Shown here: positions 20,249-29,698 of the stretch, piece by piece
How the letters are laid out: the number at the start of each line of letters is the position of its first letter
How positions within the stretch are numbered: position 1 is the stretch's first letter
Assembly (NCBI GenBank): GCA_026982315.1
Contig: JALSHI010000061.1
Coordinates: 19,018 to 83,017 of the forward strand
Direction of reading: 5' to 3'
Source of the DNA: Lysobacterales bacterium
Lineage (GTDB): Bacteria; Pseudomonadota; Gammaproteobacteria; Xanthomonadales; Marinicellaceae
DNA length: 64,000 bases
Position numbers and translations under genes: made by a program
Notes under the pieces: generated by a model
What the model saw: the letters and a program-made list of their open reading frames with translations, nothing else
What the model was told of the DNA's origin: nothing
Databases searched by the model: none

Positions 20249-21218
20249 CCGAGCGCACAGCGGCTTCGTCCTGAAGTTTGAACTCCACCCGGTAACGGCG
20301 CGTTAAGGGTTCACTAATACCGTAGTTTTGTGGAGGCTCAAAGCGCCATTGCTGAACGGCCTTCAAAGCGGGTTTGGCGAAAATACGCTGATTGCGGTAT
20401 ATCTTCACCACATCTGCCTGCTGAACAGTGCCATCAGGATTGATAGTCACATCCACATCCACCCAGCCTTCCTTGCGTTCCCGATAGGCCTTGACCGGAT
20501 AGTCCGGAGCCACTTTATGGACAAATGTCCACTGGTAGGCTTTGGGAGTTGACGAGGCTGATTGGGTATTGCCGGATGCCTCTGCTGGCGTGGCAGGTTG
20601 TTGCGGCAACAACCGCTGACGTTCAACCTCTTCAGCGGCTTGCAGTTCCCGACGACGGGCTTCAAGCGCGGCCTGTTCGGCCTGTTGCTGACGTTGCTTT
20701 TCCGCTTCTGCTGCCAGTCGTTCCTGTTCCCGGCGCTGGGCTTCCTGGCGAAGTTGTTCCTGCCGTCGGGCTTCTGCTTCCGCTGCCAGGCGCTCCTTCT
20801 CCCGGCGTTCTGCCTCTTGCCGAAGCTGCTCTTGCCGGCGGGCTTCTGCTTCCGCCGCCAGGCGCTCCTGCTCCCGGCGCTGGGCTTCCAGTTGCTGTTG
20901 GCGTGCCTTTTCTTCAGCCTGTTTTTTTTGCGCCGCCAGCGCAGCACTCTGCTTGGCTGTTTCTGACTGCTGGGTTTCTTCCGCAGGCTGGTTTTGAGAG
21001 TCTTCTTCGGCAAAAATATCGCCACGCTGTTCGCGGTCGCCAAAGTCGCTCATATCGAGATCCAGCTCGATTTTTTTCCGGGTTTCCTTCAGCACTTCCA
21101 TATCCGGCGCTTCAGTTTTTTCCGGCAAATCTTCAGACCAGCTCGGTTTGTCTGCCGTTTGCGCTTGCAGCAACAGCGGCAGCAAAAGCAGGGCTAATAT
21201 CAGTAAGTCTCTTTTCAT
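20217..21218 (-). CDS. TonB C-terminal domain protein with a long E/Q/R/A-rich repeat region
   Basis: The C-terminus (PDYPVKAYRERKEGWVDVDVTINPDGTV...ALKAVQQWRFEP) fits the TonB_C fold. The N-terminus MKRDLLILALLLLPLLLQAQ is a signal peptide or anchor. The ATG is at 21216-21218; the track start at 21275 was rejected. Confidence 0.7.
   Translation of the reverse strand: MKRDLLILALLLLPLLLQAQTADKPSWSEDLPEKTEAPDMEVLKETRKKIELDLDMSDFGDREQRGDIFAEEDSQNQPAEETQQSETAKQSAALAAQKKQAEEKARQQQLEAQRREQERLAAEAEARRQEQLRQEAERREKERLAAEAEARRQEQLRQEAQRREQERLAAEAEKQRQQQAEQAALEARRRELQAAEEVERQRLLPQQPATPAEASGNTQSASSTPKAYQWTFVHKVAPDYPVKAYRERKEGWVDVDVTINPDGTVQQADVVKIYRNQRIFAKPALKAVQQWRFEPPQNYGISEPLTRRYRVEFKLQDEAAVRSGGKPAVISGV
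20688..20879. repeat. Imperfect 72-bp (24-codon) tandem repeat, about 2.7 copies, inside the TonB-like gene
   Basis: The peptide unit ERLAAEAEARRQEQLRQEAERREK recurs: REQERLAAEAEARRQEQLRQEAERREKERLAAEAEARRQEQLRQEAQRREQERLAAEAEKQRQ. The DNA unit ttctgcttccgc[ct]gccaggcgctcc... is visibly repeated. Confidence 0.7.
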
Positions 21219-21334
21219 GTTAGACGGCTTCGGGGAGAATGCAAAATATCTTAACAAGACAGCACGTTTTTTCAAGAAAACGATGGACTTATCGCTGGTT
21301 TTTGCAGATTCAGGGACGATTCCGCTCCCCGAGT

Positions 21335-22039
21335 TCAGGAGTTTTTCTTATCCCTTGCCACAATGGGGCGAAGCAACTCCCGGGCCCGCAGCTTTTTTCC
21401 ATCCACAGCATCATCAATACACTGGCGCATGAGCCGTTTTAACGCATTCAGGTTAGAGGATTCCGGACTGCCGCCTTGTAAAAACCGAGCCATGGCTTCA
21501 TAGGCAATGGCATCTGGCCGCGGTTTCGAGGCATGATATAGTTGCAATCCCTTTCCAGGCTGGTAATGGCACAGGCAATTCGTGGCCTGGTGGGAGTTTG
21601 GCAGGCTCAAGCCATAGCCGCAACTGGCAAGAACCTGGCGCTCGAAATGACGCAGCGCCCACTCCAACCGTTTTCCCGACGATACCGGCAATGCCGCCAT
21701 CAAGGTTGAGTAGGCGTCAAATACGCCGCTGTCACTGTCATCATTCGCCAGAGCGTGGATAAGCTCGTTGGCGTATAAACCACAGGCCTGCTGGACATAG
21801 CTCAAAACAGGTGGGCTCTGCCCGCACTCCAGTGCCCGGGCTGTTTTCAGGTCAGAGCGGCCATAGCAGTCCAAATGCAGACAGACGAAAGGTCGCAAGC
21901 CAGGAGACAATGGGGATTTGGGACGGCGAGCGCCCTTGAGAATCGCTGATACCATACCGCCAGGGGTCAGAAAATGCCCAATAACGCTACTATCGCGCCA
22001 ATTAAAGCGGTGTATGAGATATGCGCGCACAGTGGTCAT
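21335..22039 (-). CDS. recO: DNA repair protein RecO
   Basis: MTTVRAYLIHRFNWRDSSVIGHFLTPGGMVSAILKGARR is a typical RecO N-terminal OB domain. Its position downstream of era fits the conserved order. Confidence 0.88.
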   Translation of the reverse strand: MTTVRAYLIHRFNWRDSSVIGHFLTPGGMVSAILKGARRPKSPLSPGLRPFVCLHLDCYGRSDLKTARALECGQSPPVLSYVQQACGLYANELIHALANDDSDSGVFDAYSTLMAALPVSSGKRLEWALRHFERQVLASCGYGLSLPNSHQATNCLCHYQPGKGLQLYHASKPRPDAIAYEAMARFLQGGSPESSNLNALKRLMRQCIDDAVDGKKLRARELLRPIVARDKKNS

Positions 22040-22049
22040 GGCGCCGTGG

Positions 22050-23039
22050 CTAAAACTCGTCTTTATAACCCATTTTCTGAATCAGCCCATCATTATCAGC
22101 CCAGGCTTTTTTCACCTTGACCCATAATTTCAGGTTGACCTTTTTTCCGAGCAGTTTTTCAATATCCCGGCGGGCCTGAATGCCGATTTGTTTCAGGGCC
22201 TGACCACCGGCGCCCACCAGCATGGCTTTCTGGCTTTCCCGTTCTACCCAGATAATGGCGTGAATATGCGTGATTTTCGCTTCTTCCCGCCATAATTCGA
22301 TTTCGACAGCCACGCTGTAAGGCACTTCCTGATGAAAACGCTGCATGAGCTTTTCGCGAATCAATTCCGTCACCAGGTAACGAACCGATTTATTGGTGAC
22401 TTCATCTTCGGGGAATATCGGCGGCCCTTCAGGCAAGCGCTCATAAATGCCAGAGACCAGTTCTTCTGTGCCCTTGCCTTTGTTGGCGGAAATCAGAAAA
22501 ACGCGATCAAAGGGATATTTCTCGCTCATTTCCTGCACAAAGGGCAGTAATTTCTCTTTTTGAGGCACTTTGTCAATTTTATTCACCACCAGAAAAACCG
22601 GAGACTTAGCCCCCTTCAGTGCGGCCAATGCCTGTTCATCATCATCTGTCCAACGTAACGCCTCGGTGACCAACAAAACCATATCGACATCGGTAACAGC
22701 GGCTTGCGCCGCCCGGTTCATGTACCGATTCAGGGCTTTTCCTTGCCCTTGATGCAGCCCCGGGGTATCCACAAAAACGATTTGACCGGGCGCTTCGGTA
22801 TAAATGCCATAAATTTGATGCCGGGTGGTTTGTGGCTTGGCTGTGACAATACTGACTTTTTGCCCCAAAATCTGGTTCATAAGCGTGGATTTACCCACAT
22901 TTGGCCGCCCAATAACAGCCACATAACCACTTTTTTTCTCCGGCTGAGCTTCTTCTCTTGAAATCGCATCAGCACGCTGGAGCGTGTCCGGTGATATGGA
23001 AAAATCTGGGGAATCGGGTGATTTTTTTTTGTCAGACAT
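22050..23039 (-). CDS. era: GTPase Era
   Basis: The G1 motif is GRPNVGKSTL and G3 is DTPG. NKID and a KH domain at the C-terminus are also present. The first ATG is at 23037-23039 (MSDKKK); the track start at 23045 is GTG. The N-terminal extension of about 35 aa is longer than in E. coli. Confidence 0.92.
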   Translation of the reverse strand: MSDKKKSPDSPDFSISPDTLQRADAISREEAQPEKKSGYVAVIGRPNVGKSTLMNQILGQKVSIVTAKPQTTRHQIYGIYTEAPGQIVFVDTPGLHQGQGKALNRYMNRAAQAAVTDVDMVLLVTEALRWTDDDEQALAALKGAKSPVFLVVNKIDKVPQKEKLLPFVQEMSEKYPFDRVFLISANKGKGTEELVSGIYERLPEGPPIFPEDEVTNKSVRYLVTELIREKLMQRFHQEVPYSVAVEIELWREEAKITHIHAIIWVERESQKAMLVGAGGQALKQIGIQARRDIEKLLGKKVNLKLWVKVKKAWADNDGLIQKMGYKDEF

Positions 23040-23075
23040 AAACACTCAAGAAATGATTGGCCAGTAATGATCCCA

Positions 23076-23750
23076 TCAGGACGACAAGACCGATGGCAGG
23101 CGTTGCAACATTTTTCCAGCGGCGTCCTGTTCGGCCCGCTTTCGGCTGGCGCCTTCACTTATGACTTTCAAACCAAGCGGCGGTACGGCGCACTCCACCA
23201 CAAAGTGTTTATTATGATCCTGACCACTTTCCGATAAAGTCCGGTATTCGGGCAACGGCAAGGCCCGCTTTTGCAGCATTTCCTGCAAACGGCTTTTGGG
23301 ATCCTTGAGGTTGGTTTCCGGGTCAATTTTATCCAGCCAGGGCTTGAGAACGGCAAGAATAAATTGCCGCGCCGCCTCATGGCCCTGCTCGATCAGCACC
23401 GCGCCAAACAAGGCCTCTACGGCGTCCGCCAGCACTGACGAGCGATCGAATCCCCCGGACTTCAACTCGCCACTGCCCAGCACCAGGGAATCACCCAACT
23501 GATAGCGGCGTGCCACTTCTGCCAGGGTTTCGCCTTTGACCAGGCTGGCGCGCAACCGGGAGAGCTGGCCTTCACTCAAGGTGGGGAAATTCCGATACAG
23601 CCACTCGGAAACCACCAAAGACAGAATACTGTCGCCCAAAAACTCCAGGCGCTCGTTGTTTTTTTTGCCGGCGCTGCGGTGTGTCAGAGCCTGTTTAAGT
23701 AACGCCGGTTGTAGCGCAACACTCTGGCCCAGAATGGTTTTCACGAGCAA
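23076..23750 (-). CDS. rnc: Ribonuclease III
   Basis: ALTHRSAGKKNNERLEFLGDSIL is the RNase III signature, and a dsRBD follows at the C-terminus. There is no in-frame ATG near the N-terminus. The start must be TTG (23750) or GTG (23744). Confidence 0.92.
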   Translation of the reverse strand: MLVKTILGQSVALQPALLKQALTHRSAGKKNNERLEFLGDSILSLVVSEWLYRNFPTLSEGQLSRLRASLVKGETLAEVARRYQLGDSLVLGSGELKSGGFDRSSVLADAVEALFGAVLIEQGHEAARQFILAVLKPWLDKIDPETNLKDPKSRLQEMLQKRALPLPEYRTLSESGQDHNKHFVVECAVPPLGLKVISEGASRKRAEQDAAGKMLQRLPSVLSS

Positions 23751-23755
23751 AGAAC

Positions 23756-24145
23756 CTATCGCAAGGTCACCTGATTCTGAAAATGCATCAGGAAATCCAG
23801 ATTGCCAATAAAAGGTTCACGGACATCATACTTGACTGTCACAACATAGCCACCATTGCCTCGGACAACCTTGACATGTTGCGGCTTGACAGAATCGACG
23901 TAGCTTGTGTAGAAAATGCGGTCCAAATCTTTCCTGATTTGCGCCGGGCTTCCGCCACCCCACTGTTTTTGCAAGGTCTTCATGGAGTCCTTGACGCCTT
24001 CAAACTCAACATAATGAGGAACTAACTTGAAGCCGGCATAGGCAAAAAGCCCAACGATCATCAGCACAAAAATAAAGCCAATCAGTGTCATTCCCGATGA
24101 TTTTTTAATGGCATTCACTGGCACACCTCTTTTTGCTAAAGTCAT
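23756..24145 (-). CDS. DUF4845-family small membrane protein
   Basis: MTLIGFIFVLMIVGLFAYAGFKLVPHYVEFEGVKDSM is typical of the conserved small gene between lepB and rnc. The ATG at 24143-24145 was chosen; the track start is GTG at 24163. Confidence 0.7.
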   Translation of the reverse strand: MTLAKRGVPVNAIKKSSGMTLIGFIFVLMIVGLFAYAGFKLVPHYVEFEGVKDSMKTLQKQWGGGSPAQIRKDLDRIFYTSYVDSVKPQHVKVVRGNGGYVVTVKYDVREPFIGNLDFLMHFQNQVTLR

Positions 24146-24239
24146 ACAAGCCAAGTCTATCACAAGCGTTTAAGAGAAAAGAAACCAACTCGTCTGAGCA
24201 CAGCAAACAATCAACTCCAGTGACAAAAACGAAGCAACA

Positions 24240-25031
24240 TCAGCTGATTTTTGTGCCGATTCTTTTGAGTCCTTCCCAAAAATCAGACAAGCGCCAATGC
24301 ATCCAGATATATTTTGCCTTACCCACCAGATTGCGCTCAGGCACCAAACCCCAAACGCGGCTGTCGGCGCTATGATCACGATTATCGCCCATGGCGAAAT
24401 AGTAGCCCTCGGGGACGGTGAGATCCAGATAGTTGTAAGGGTAGTAGTGGTTGTTGTGAGTCAGAATATCATGCTCCACGCCCAGCAAGTTTTCTTTCTT
24501 CAAAATCAACCCACGAGGGTCAATGTCGTCATGAAAACCGGTATAAGGGCCTACCACGCTTTGTGGTATCACCGTGCCATTGATGGTGAGCTGTTTGCGT
24601 ATGGGGTCGTAATGAATTCTATCTCCAGGCAGACCGATAATGCGTTTAATATAGTCCTGGCTTTGATCCTTGGGGTAACGAAAAACCGCCACATCACCCC
24701 GTTGGGGGTGGCCGGTTTCAATCAAGGTGCCGTGAAAAACCGGCATTTTCAGGCCGTAAGCCGACTTGTTGACGTAAATAAAATCACCGGTTAACAGCGT
24801 TGGCATCATGGATGAGGACGGAATCCGGAAAGGCTCAAAAACAAAACTTCGTACCAACAGCACGACCAGAACCAATGGAAATACCGAGCGTGCAAAGTCG
24901 ACGACATGCGCCACCACGCCATCTGGCTTCATGCGCTTTTTCAAAAAAACATGATAAGCCAGAACAATCAAACCGCTGGTCACTGTAGCCAATGCCAGAA
25001 AAGCCTCAAAATCAAAGTGAATTTCGTTCAT
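24240..25031 (-). CDS. lepB: Signal peptidase I
   Basis: IPSSSMMPTL is the catalytic Ser box. YIKRIIGLPGD and GDNRDHSADSR are also present. The ATG at 25029-25031 (MNEIHFDFEAF...) was chosen; the track start at 25064 is TTG and overlaps lepA. Confidence 0.9.
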   Translation of the reverse strand: MNEIHFDFEAFLALATVTSGLIVLAYHVFLKKRMKPDGVVAHVVDFARSVFPLVLVVLLVRSFVFEPFRIPSSSMMPTLLTGDFIYVNKSAYGLKMPVFHGTLIETGHPQRGDVAVFRYPKDQSQDYIKRIIGLPGDRIHYDPIRKQLTINGTVIPQSVVGPYTGFHDDIDPRGLILKKENLLGVEHDILTHNNHYYPYNYLDLTVPEGYYFAMGDNRDHSADSRVWGLVPERNLVGKAKYIWMHWRLSDFWEGLKRIGTKIS

Positions 25032-25053
25032 ATGGGGAACCCGTATCAAGTAA

Positions 25054-26838
25054 TCAGTTATCAACCTTCAATATCGCTAAAAAGGCGGCTTGTGGGACTT
25101 CCACAGAGCCAATTTGTTTCATCCGTTTTTTACCGCGTTTTTGTTTTTCCAGGAGTTTGCGTTTCCGGCTGGCATCACCACCATAACACTTGGCGGTGAC
25201 ATTTTTTCGCAAGGCTTTAACGGTTGTCCGGGCAATAATGTGCGAGCCAATGGCTGCCTGAATGGCCACATCAAACATTTGCCTAGGAATCAGTTCCTTG
25301 AGTTTTTCCGCCAGTTCGCGCCCACGGCGCTGGGCCTGATCGCGGTGGGTTAGAATAGACAAGGCATCCACCCGTTCACCGTTAATCAGGATATCTACCC
25401 GCACAAACGGTCCGGGTTCAAAGTGACTGAATTCATAGTCAAAGGAAGCAAACCCCCGGCTAACCGATTTGAGGCGATCAAAAAAATCCAGAACCACTTC
25501 GCTCAAAGGCAACTGGAAGCTCAACTGCACCTGCGAGCCCAGATAGTGCATGTTTTTTTGCACCCCGCGCTTTTCCATGCACAGCCCCATGACTGAGCCC
25601 ACATAATCCTGAGGAACCAGGATATTGGCATTGATGATGGGCTCCCGTATTTCCTGAAAATTGTCAGGCAAATCAGCCGGATTATCCAGTTTGATGACCT
25701 CTCCTTTTTGGGTCACCAGTTCATACACCACCGTCGGGGCGGTGGTAATCAGATCCAGGTCAAACTCCCGCTCCAGCCTTTCCTGGATGACTTCCATGTG
25801 TAACAGACCAAGAAAGCCACAGCGGAAACCAAAGCCCAGCGCACCTGATGTTTCCGGTTCAAAGGTAAAGGATGCGTCATTCAAGCGCAGCTTTTCCAAG
25901 GCCTCACGCAAGTCCTGATAATCGTCTGACGAGGTGGGAAACAAGCCGGCGAACACTCGGGGTTGCGACTCTTCGAATCCCGGCAAGGGCTCAGGGGCCG
26001 GGTTATCCGCCGATGTGATGGTGTCCCCCACCGGCGCGCCGTGAATGTCCTTGATAGAGGCGGTTAACCAACCCACCTCACCACAGGCCAGGGATTCTTT
26101 TTCCACACGCTTTGGCGTAAAAACGCCCAGATTCTCGGCCAGGTGCTCATTTCCCAGGGACATAATGCGGATTTTTTCTTTCTTGTGTACAATGCCATTA
26201 AATACACGCACAAGAGAAACCACGCCCAGATAATTATCGAACCACGAATCAATAATTGATGCTTGCAGTGGACCTTCTGGATCGCCTGAAGGCGCTGGAA
26301 TACGCTCGACAATGGCTTCCAGCGCCTCATCAATACCCTGCCCTGTTTTGGCGCTGACCAGAATGGCGTCAGAGGCATCAATACCAATGATTTCCTCAAT
26401 TTCCCGTTTAACCTTTTCAACGTCAGCTGACGGCAAGTCAATCTTGTTAATCACTGGAATCACTTCCAGCCCCATTTCAATGGCTGTGTAACAATTGGCC
26501 ACTGACTGCGCTTCCACACCCTGGGCCGCATCCACCACCAGCAGAGCGCCTTCGCAGGCGGCCAGGGAGCGGGATACTTCGTAACTGAAATCCACATGGC
26601 CTGGGGTATCAATAAAGTTCAGTTGATAGGTGTGTCCATCCACAGCCTGATAGTCCAGGCTCACGGCTTGCGCCTTGATCGTAATTCCCCGTTCTTTTTC
26701 AATGTCCATGCTATCCAGCACCTGGGTTTCCATTTCGCGCTCGGACAAGCCGCCGCATTTCTGGATAAATCGGTCTGCCAGGGTGGACTTGCCATGGTCA
26801 ATATGGGCAATAATGGAAAAGTTGCGAATGTTTTTCAT
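25054..26838 (-). CDS. lepA: Translation elongation factor 4
   Basis: [31 protein letters not shown] and the LepA-specific C-terminus are present; 594 aa. Confidence 0.97.
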   Translation of the reverse strand: MKNIRNFSIIAHIDHGKSTLADRFIQKCGGLSEREMETQVLDSMDIEKERGITIKAQAVSLDYQAVDGHTYQLNFIDTPGHVDFSYEVSRSLAACEGALLVVDAAQGVEAQSVANCYTAIEMGLEVIPVINKIDLPSADVEKVKREIEEIIGIDASDAILVSAKTGQGIDEALEAIVERIPAPSGDPEGPLQASIIDSWFDNYLGVVSLVRVFNGIVHKKEKIRIMSLGNEHLAENLGVFTPKRVEKESLACGEVGWLTASIKDIHGAPVGDTITSADNPAPEPLPGFEESQPRVFAGLFPTSSDDYQDLREALEKLRLNDASFTFEPETSGALGFGFRCGFLGLLHMEVIQERLEREFDLDLITTAPTVVYELVTQKGEVIKLDNPADLPDNFQEIREPIINANILVPQDYVGSVMGLCMEKRGVQKNMHYLGSQVQLSFQLPLSEVVLDFFDRLKSVSRGFASFDYEFSHFEPGPFVRVDILINGERVDALSILTHRDQAQRRGRELAEKLKELIPRQMFDVAIQAAIGSHIIARTTVKALRKNVTAKCYGGDASRKRKLLEKQKRGKKRMKQIGSVEVPQAAFLAILKVDN

Positions 26839-26900
26839 GAAGGGTCACAAGTATTGCCGGATATCTGTGGCAGGTTAATGATGGATATCGCGCCAAGGTA

Positions 26901-26931
26901 AACAAAAATCCCGTGGAAACCACGGGATTTG
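26901..26931 (-). terminator. Rho-independent terminator downstream of the DegP/MucD-like gene
   Basis: The stem is aaatcccgtgg / ccacgggattt (26906-26916 and 26920-26930). On the minus strand it is followed by ttgttt. Confidence 0.6.
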
Positions 26932-26959
26932 GCTGGTGCCTATTGTAATGATATCGGTG

Positions 26960-28303
26960 TTAACGTTCAATCACAATAAAACGGTTGGCGCCTTGGCGCT
27001 GTATCAGCAGCACCAGCGGCTCTTTTGCGGCCAGGCGACGAATCTCGCGGCCAAACTGGCGGGTGTTCTTGACCGGTTGCTTACCCACTTTAAGAATAAT
27101 ATCACCTTGCCGTAACCCGCTGCGCTGGATCTGGGGATCGGTAACGCGAGTCACCACCACACCGCCGGAAATACCAGCCTGAGAGCGGATGGCCTCATCC
27201 ACATTGGCCACGCTGAAGCCCAGGTTTTCCGGGCTGACACTTTTGCCATTAGCAGCGACGGTGCCATCCAGCGCATCCAAGGTGGCTGTGAGTGTTGTTT
27301 CCCTACCGTCCCGATAAACCACCAAAGCCACCTTGCTCCCCGGTGGCTTTGAACCCACCAGTGGCGGCAAATCATTGGCTGAGCCCACCGGCTCACCATC
27401 GACACTCAGAATAACATCTTGTACCTTGATGCCCGCTTTTTCAGCGGCAGAGCCCTTGGAAACATGATTCACCAAGGCCCCCTGCGGGGTTTTCATCTGT
27501 AAGTAATCCGCCATTTTCTGGGTGACAGGTTCAATGCCAACTCCCAACAAACCGCGCTTCACCTTGCCGTTGGTCTTGAGTTGTTCGGCCACCGAAGCGG
27601 CGACTTCAATGGGAATGGAAAAAGACAAGCCCATGTAACCACCGGTATTGGACAAAATCAGGGTGTTAATACCCACCACTTCTCCATCCATATTGATAAG
27701 CGGCCCACCAGAATTACCCCGGTTGATGGGTACGTCGGTCTGGATATAGGGCACGTACTGCTGACCTCGCATGCTGCGCCCCTTGGCACTGACAATGCCT
27801 TTGGTAACGGAATGTTCAAAACTCAGTGGCGAGCCAATAGCCATGACCCATTCGCCAATTTGGAGCTTGTTGCTATCACCCATTTTGAGGCTGGGCAAGC
27901 CTGTGGCGTCCAGTTTCAACAAGGCAATATCGCTGGGTTCATCAGCCCCCACCAGCCTGGCTTCCATTTCCCGGTGATCCGGCAGGCGAACAATAATTTT
28001 GGTGGCGCCATTAACCACATGGCGATTGGTGAGCACATATCCGTCCGGAGAAATAATAAAGCCGCTGCCAATAGAAACCCTGTCCTGAGGCATGGGAGGG
28101 ATAACCTTGCGATGAAAGGGATCAACCGGCACCATTTGAGGCGGGGTTTGGGTTTCCGTGTGGGCTTCGATGTTGACAACGGCATCGCCGGTTTTTTGCA
28201 CCAGCTCGGTAAAATCAGGCAAACGACCAGCATACGCCGGCAAACTCAGAAAAAACACTGTGGCAATGGATATCCCTTGCCAGAATCTGAAAGCGAATTT
28301 CAT
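26960..28303 (-). CDS. Periplasmic serine endoprotease, DegP/DegQ/MucD family (two PDZ domains)
   Basis: A signal peptide is present. The trypsin-like core has TNRHV, DIALLK and GNSGGPL, followed by two PDZ-like regions. Its position after rpoE-rseA-rseC resembles mucD in algU-mucABCD. Confidence 0.9.
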   Translation of the reverse strand: MKFAFRFWQGISIATVFFLSLPAYAGRLPDFTELVQKTGDAVVNIEAHTETQTPPQMVPVDPFHRKVIPPMPQDRVSIGSGFIISPDGYVLTNRHVVNGATKIIVRLPDHREMEARLVGADEPSDIALLKLDATGLPSLKMGDSNKLQIGEWVMAIGSPLSFEHSVTKGIVSAKGRSMRGQQYVPYIQTDVPINRGNSGGPLINMDGEVVGINTLILSNTGGYMGLSFSIPIEVAASVAEQLKTNGKVKRGLLGVGIEPVTQKMADYLQMKTPQGALVNHVSKGSAAEKAGIKVQDVILSVDGEPVGSANDLPPLVGSKPPGSKVALVVYRDGRETTLTATLDALDGTVAANGKSVSPENLGFSVANVDEAIRSQAGISGGVVVTRVTDPQIQRSGLRQGDIILKVGKQPVKNTRQFGREIRRLAAKEPLVLLIQRQGANRFIVIER

Positions 28304-28466
28304 GTTTTATTCTCCTAAAATCGAGGATCTGCTCATGGATAAGGTTTGGCTGGCGAATGGCTGCTGACAATGATTGCAGCTATGCACACAACCGATGTGC
28401 AGTAAAGACAATTGAGAAAAGAAAAAAGTTTCGCCGCCAGAATGAGCGGTAGTCACAACGCGGTTT

Positions 28467-28928
28467 TCAGGAAAATCGAACCATGTTGGCCGGCTTATAA
28501 CGCGCAACCACTTGACGAGCGGTGAGTAAGCCCATCAAGGCTCCGACCACGCCCCCTAAGTCGGCAGGCCACGTCCACACGCTGAAAGCCAGATAAAAAA
28601 CACCCATGCCTAACACAATAAACAACAGGGGCAGTCCATAGAGCCATCCGGCCGAACGTAACATAACATTGTCATCCAACTCAATGACAAAACGGTCGCC
28701 CACCTGAGGGTTTTCGGAAAAAAAACCATCATGGTCAAACAGTGAACGCGTATGCTGAGGCTGCGAGTGCTTTCTATGGATAATGACACGATTCCCCTGC
28801 GCCCCAGAAAACCAGTCCAGTGCATTTTTGTGGCATCCCCCAGTACAGCCAACGCACGCTGCAGGCCGTTCGATAATGGCTTCAATAGTCTCTGGAGAAA
28901 CACCTGTCACACGGGCATGTCGTTTCAT
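28467..28928 (-). CDS. rseC: SoxR-reducing system / sigma-E regulatory protein RseC (MucC)
   Basis: The N-terminus has the Cys motif CVGCTGGC, and two C-terminal TM helices follow. The location is within the rpoE cluster. Confidence 0.75.
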   Translation of the reverse strand: MKRHARVTGVSPETIEAIIERPAACVGCTGGCHKNALDWFSGAQGNRVIIHRKHSQPQHTRSLFDHDGFFSENPQVGDRFVIELDDNVMLRSAGWLYGLPLLFIVLGMGVFYLAFSVWTWPADLGGVVGALMGLLTARQVVARYKPANMVRFS

Positions 28929-29068
28929 AAGTCCATATAAGTATCAACGATTTACAGTGATATCTTAAACAAAATCATAACGCAAAGCACGTTCTCTGAC
29001 AACGGATTGACCAGTCAAGCCGCTGCGTCAAGACGGAGCCTACAGCACCTGCCTGCCACCTGGGGCAC

Positions 29069-29698
29069 TCAATGCGATCGGGCTCGGCTTTCCTGGGATT
29101 CAGGCGTTACCAAATATACATAAGGGGCATGCTGAACCAAACCGGTTGGAGCCTTTTGACCAGTTTCCTGGAACAGGAAACCACGGTGCCGAGGTGGTTT
29201 CATGGACGGGTAGCCACTTGTTCGCCACTCAGAAACCGAAGTGGCCGGCTGCGCCCGCGGCAGGTCCACAAACTGAACTGGCGGCGTTTGCACCGGCACG
29301 GACTGTGAAGGTATTTTCTGTTGAACCAGGAAAGTTTCAGGCTGCCCGCCTGTGGTTCGCTTGGCCGGTGATTGCTGGAGCAGGAAAACCGCTGTGACCG
29401 CCACAGATGCGGCGATTCCCATGCCTGCCACCGGCTTCAACCACCGGTATAGCCGGGTGGGCTTTTCCGATTGGTGATAGTCTCTAACGCCCAAGCGTGA
29501 CAACACCTGGTCGGCTACATTGACCACCAAAGGTTCGTCTAAACTTTTTTGCAAGCAAGCGCGAATCAGGTGATAGCGGTTCCAGGTCTGCCCCAACGCA
29601 GGGTCTGAAACCATGCGCTTGACAAGAAAGCGGATGGCATTGGACTCCAATTCGCCATCCATAAGTACTGATATTTTTTCATGGGATCTATCCGACAT
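29069..29698 (-). CDS. rseA: Anti-sigma-E factor RseA/MucA
   Basis: ISVLMDGELESNAIRFL...WNRYHLIRACL is the RseA N-terminal anti-sigma domain. There is a single TM helix (GMGIAASVAVTAVFLL). The start overlaps the rpoE stop by 11 nt. Confidence 0.8.
   Translation of the reverse strand: MSDRSHEKISVLMDGELESNAIRFLVKRMVSDPALGQTWNRYHLIRACLQKSLDEPLVVNVADQVLSRLGVRDYHQSEKPTRLYRWLKPVAGMGIAASVAVTAVFLLQQSPAKRTTGGQPETFLVQQKIPSQSVPVQTPPVQFVDLPRAQPATSVSEWRTSGYPSMKPPRHRGFLFQETGQKAPTGLVQHAPYVYLVTPESQESRARSH

Noticed and set aside
20525-21223. 232-aa plus-strand ORF and other ORFs overlapping the TonB-like gene (20447..21043 -, 20562..20966 +).
   Set aside because: The repetitive E/Q/R/A-coding DNA is open in several frames. 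Only the frame ending in a TonB C-terminal domain with an N-terminal signal or anchor makes a coherent protein.
28402-28434. GAAACTT (-35-like, minus strand, rc of 28426-28432) about 100 nt upstream of the DegP/MucD-like gene, considered as a sigma-E promoter.
   Set aside because: At 16-17 nt spacing the -10 candidates are GTCTT or TCTTT, a poor match to TCAAA/TCTGA. The better TCAAT is only 10 nt away. It cannot be supported without mapping data, although sigma-E control of this gene is plausible biologically.
28307-28507. 66-aa minus-strand ORF spanning the rseC/degP-like intergenic region.
   Set aside because: It overlaps the 3' end of rseC in another frame, has no motif, and is probably just intergenic or promoter DNA.
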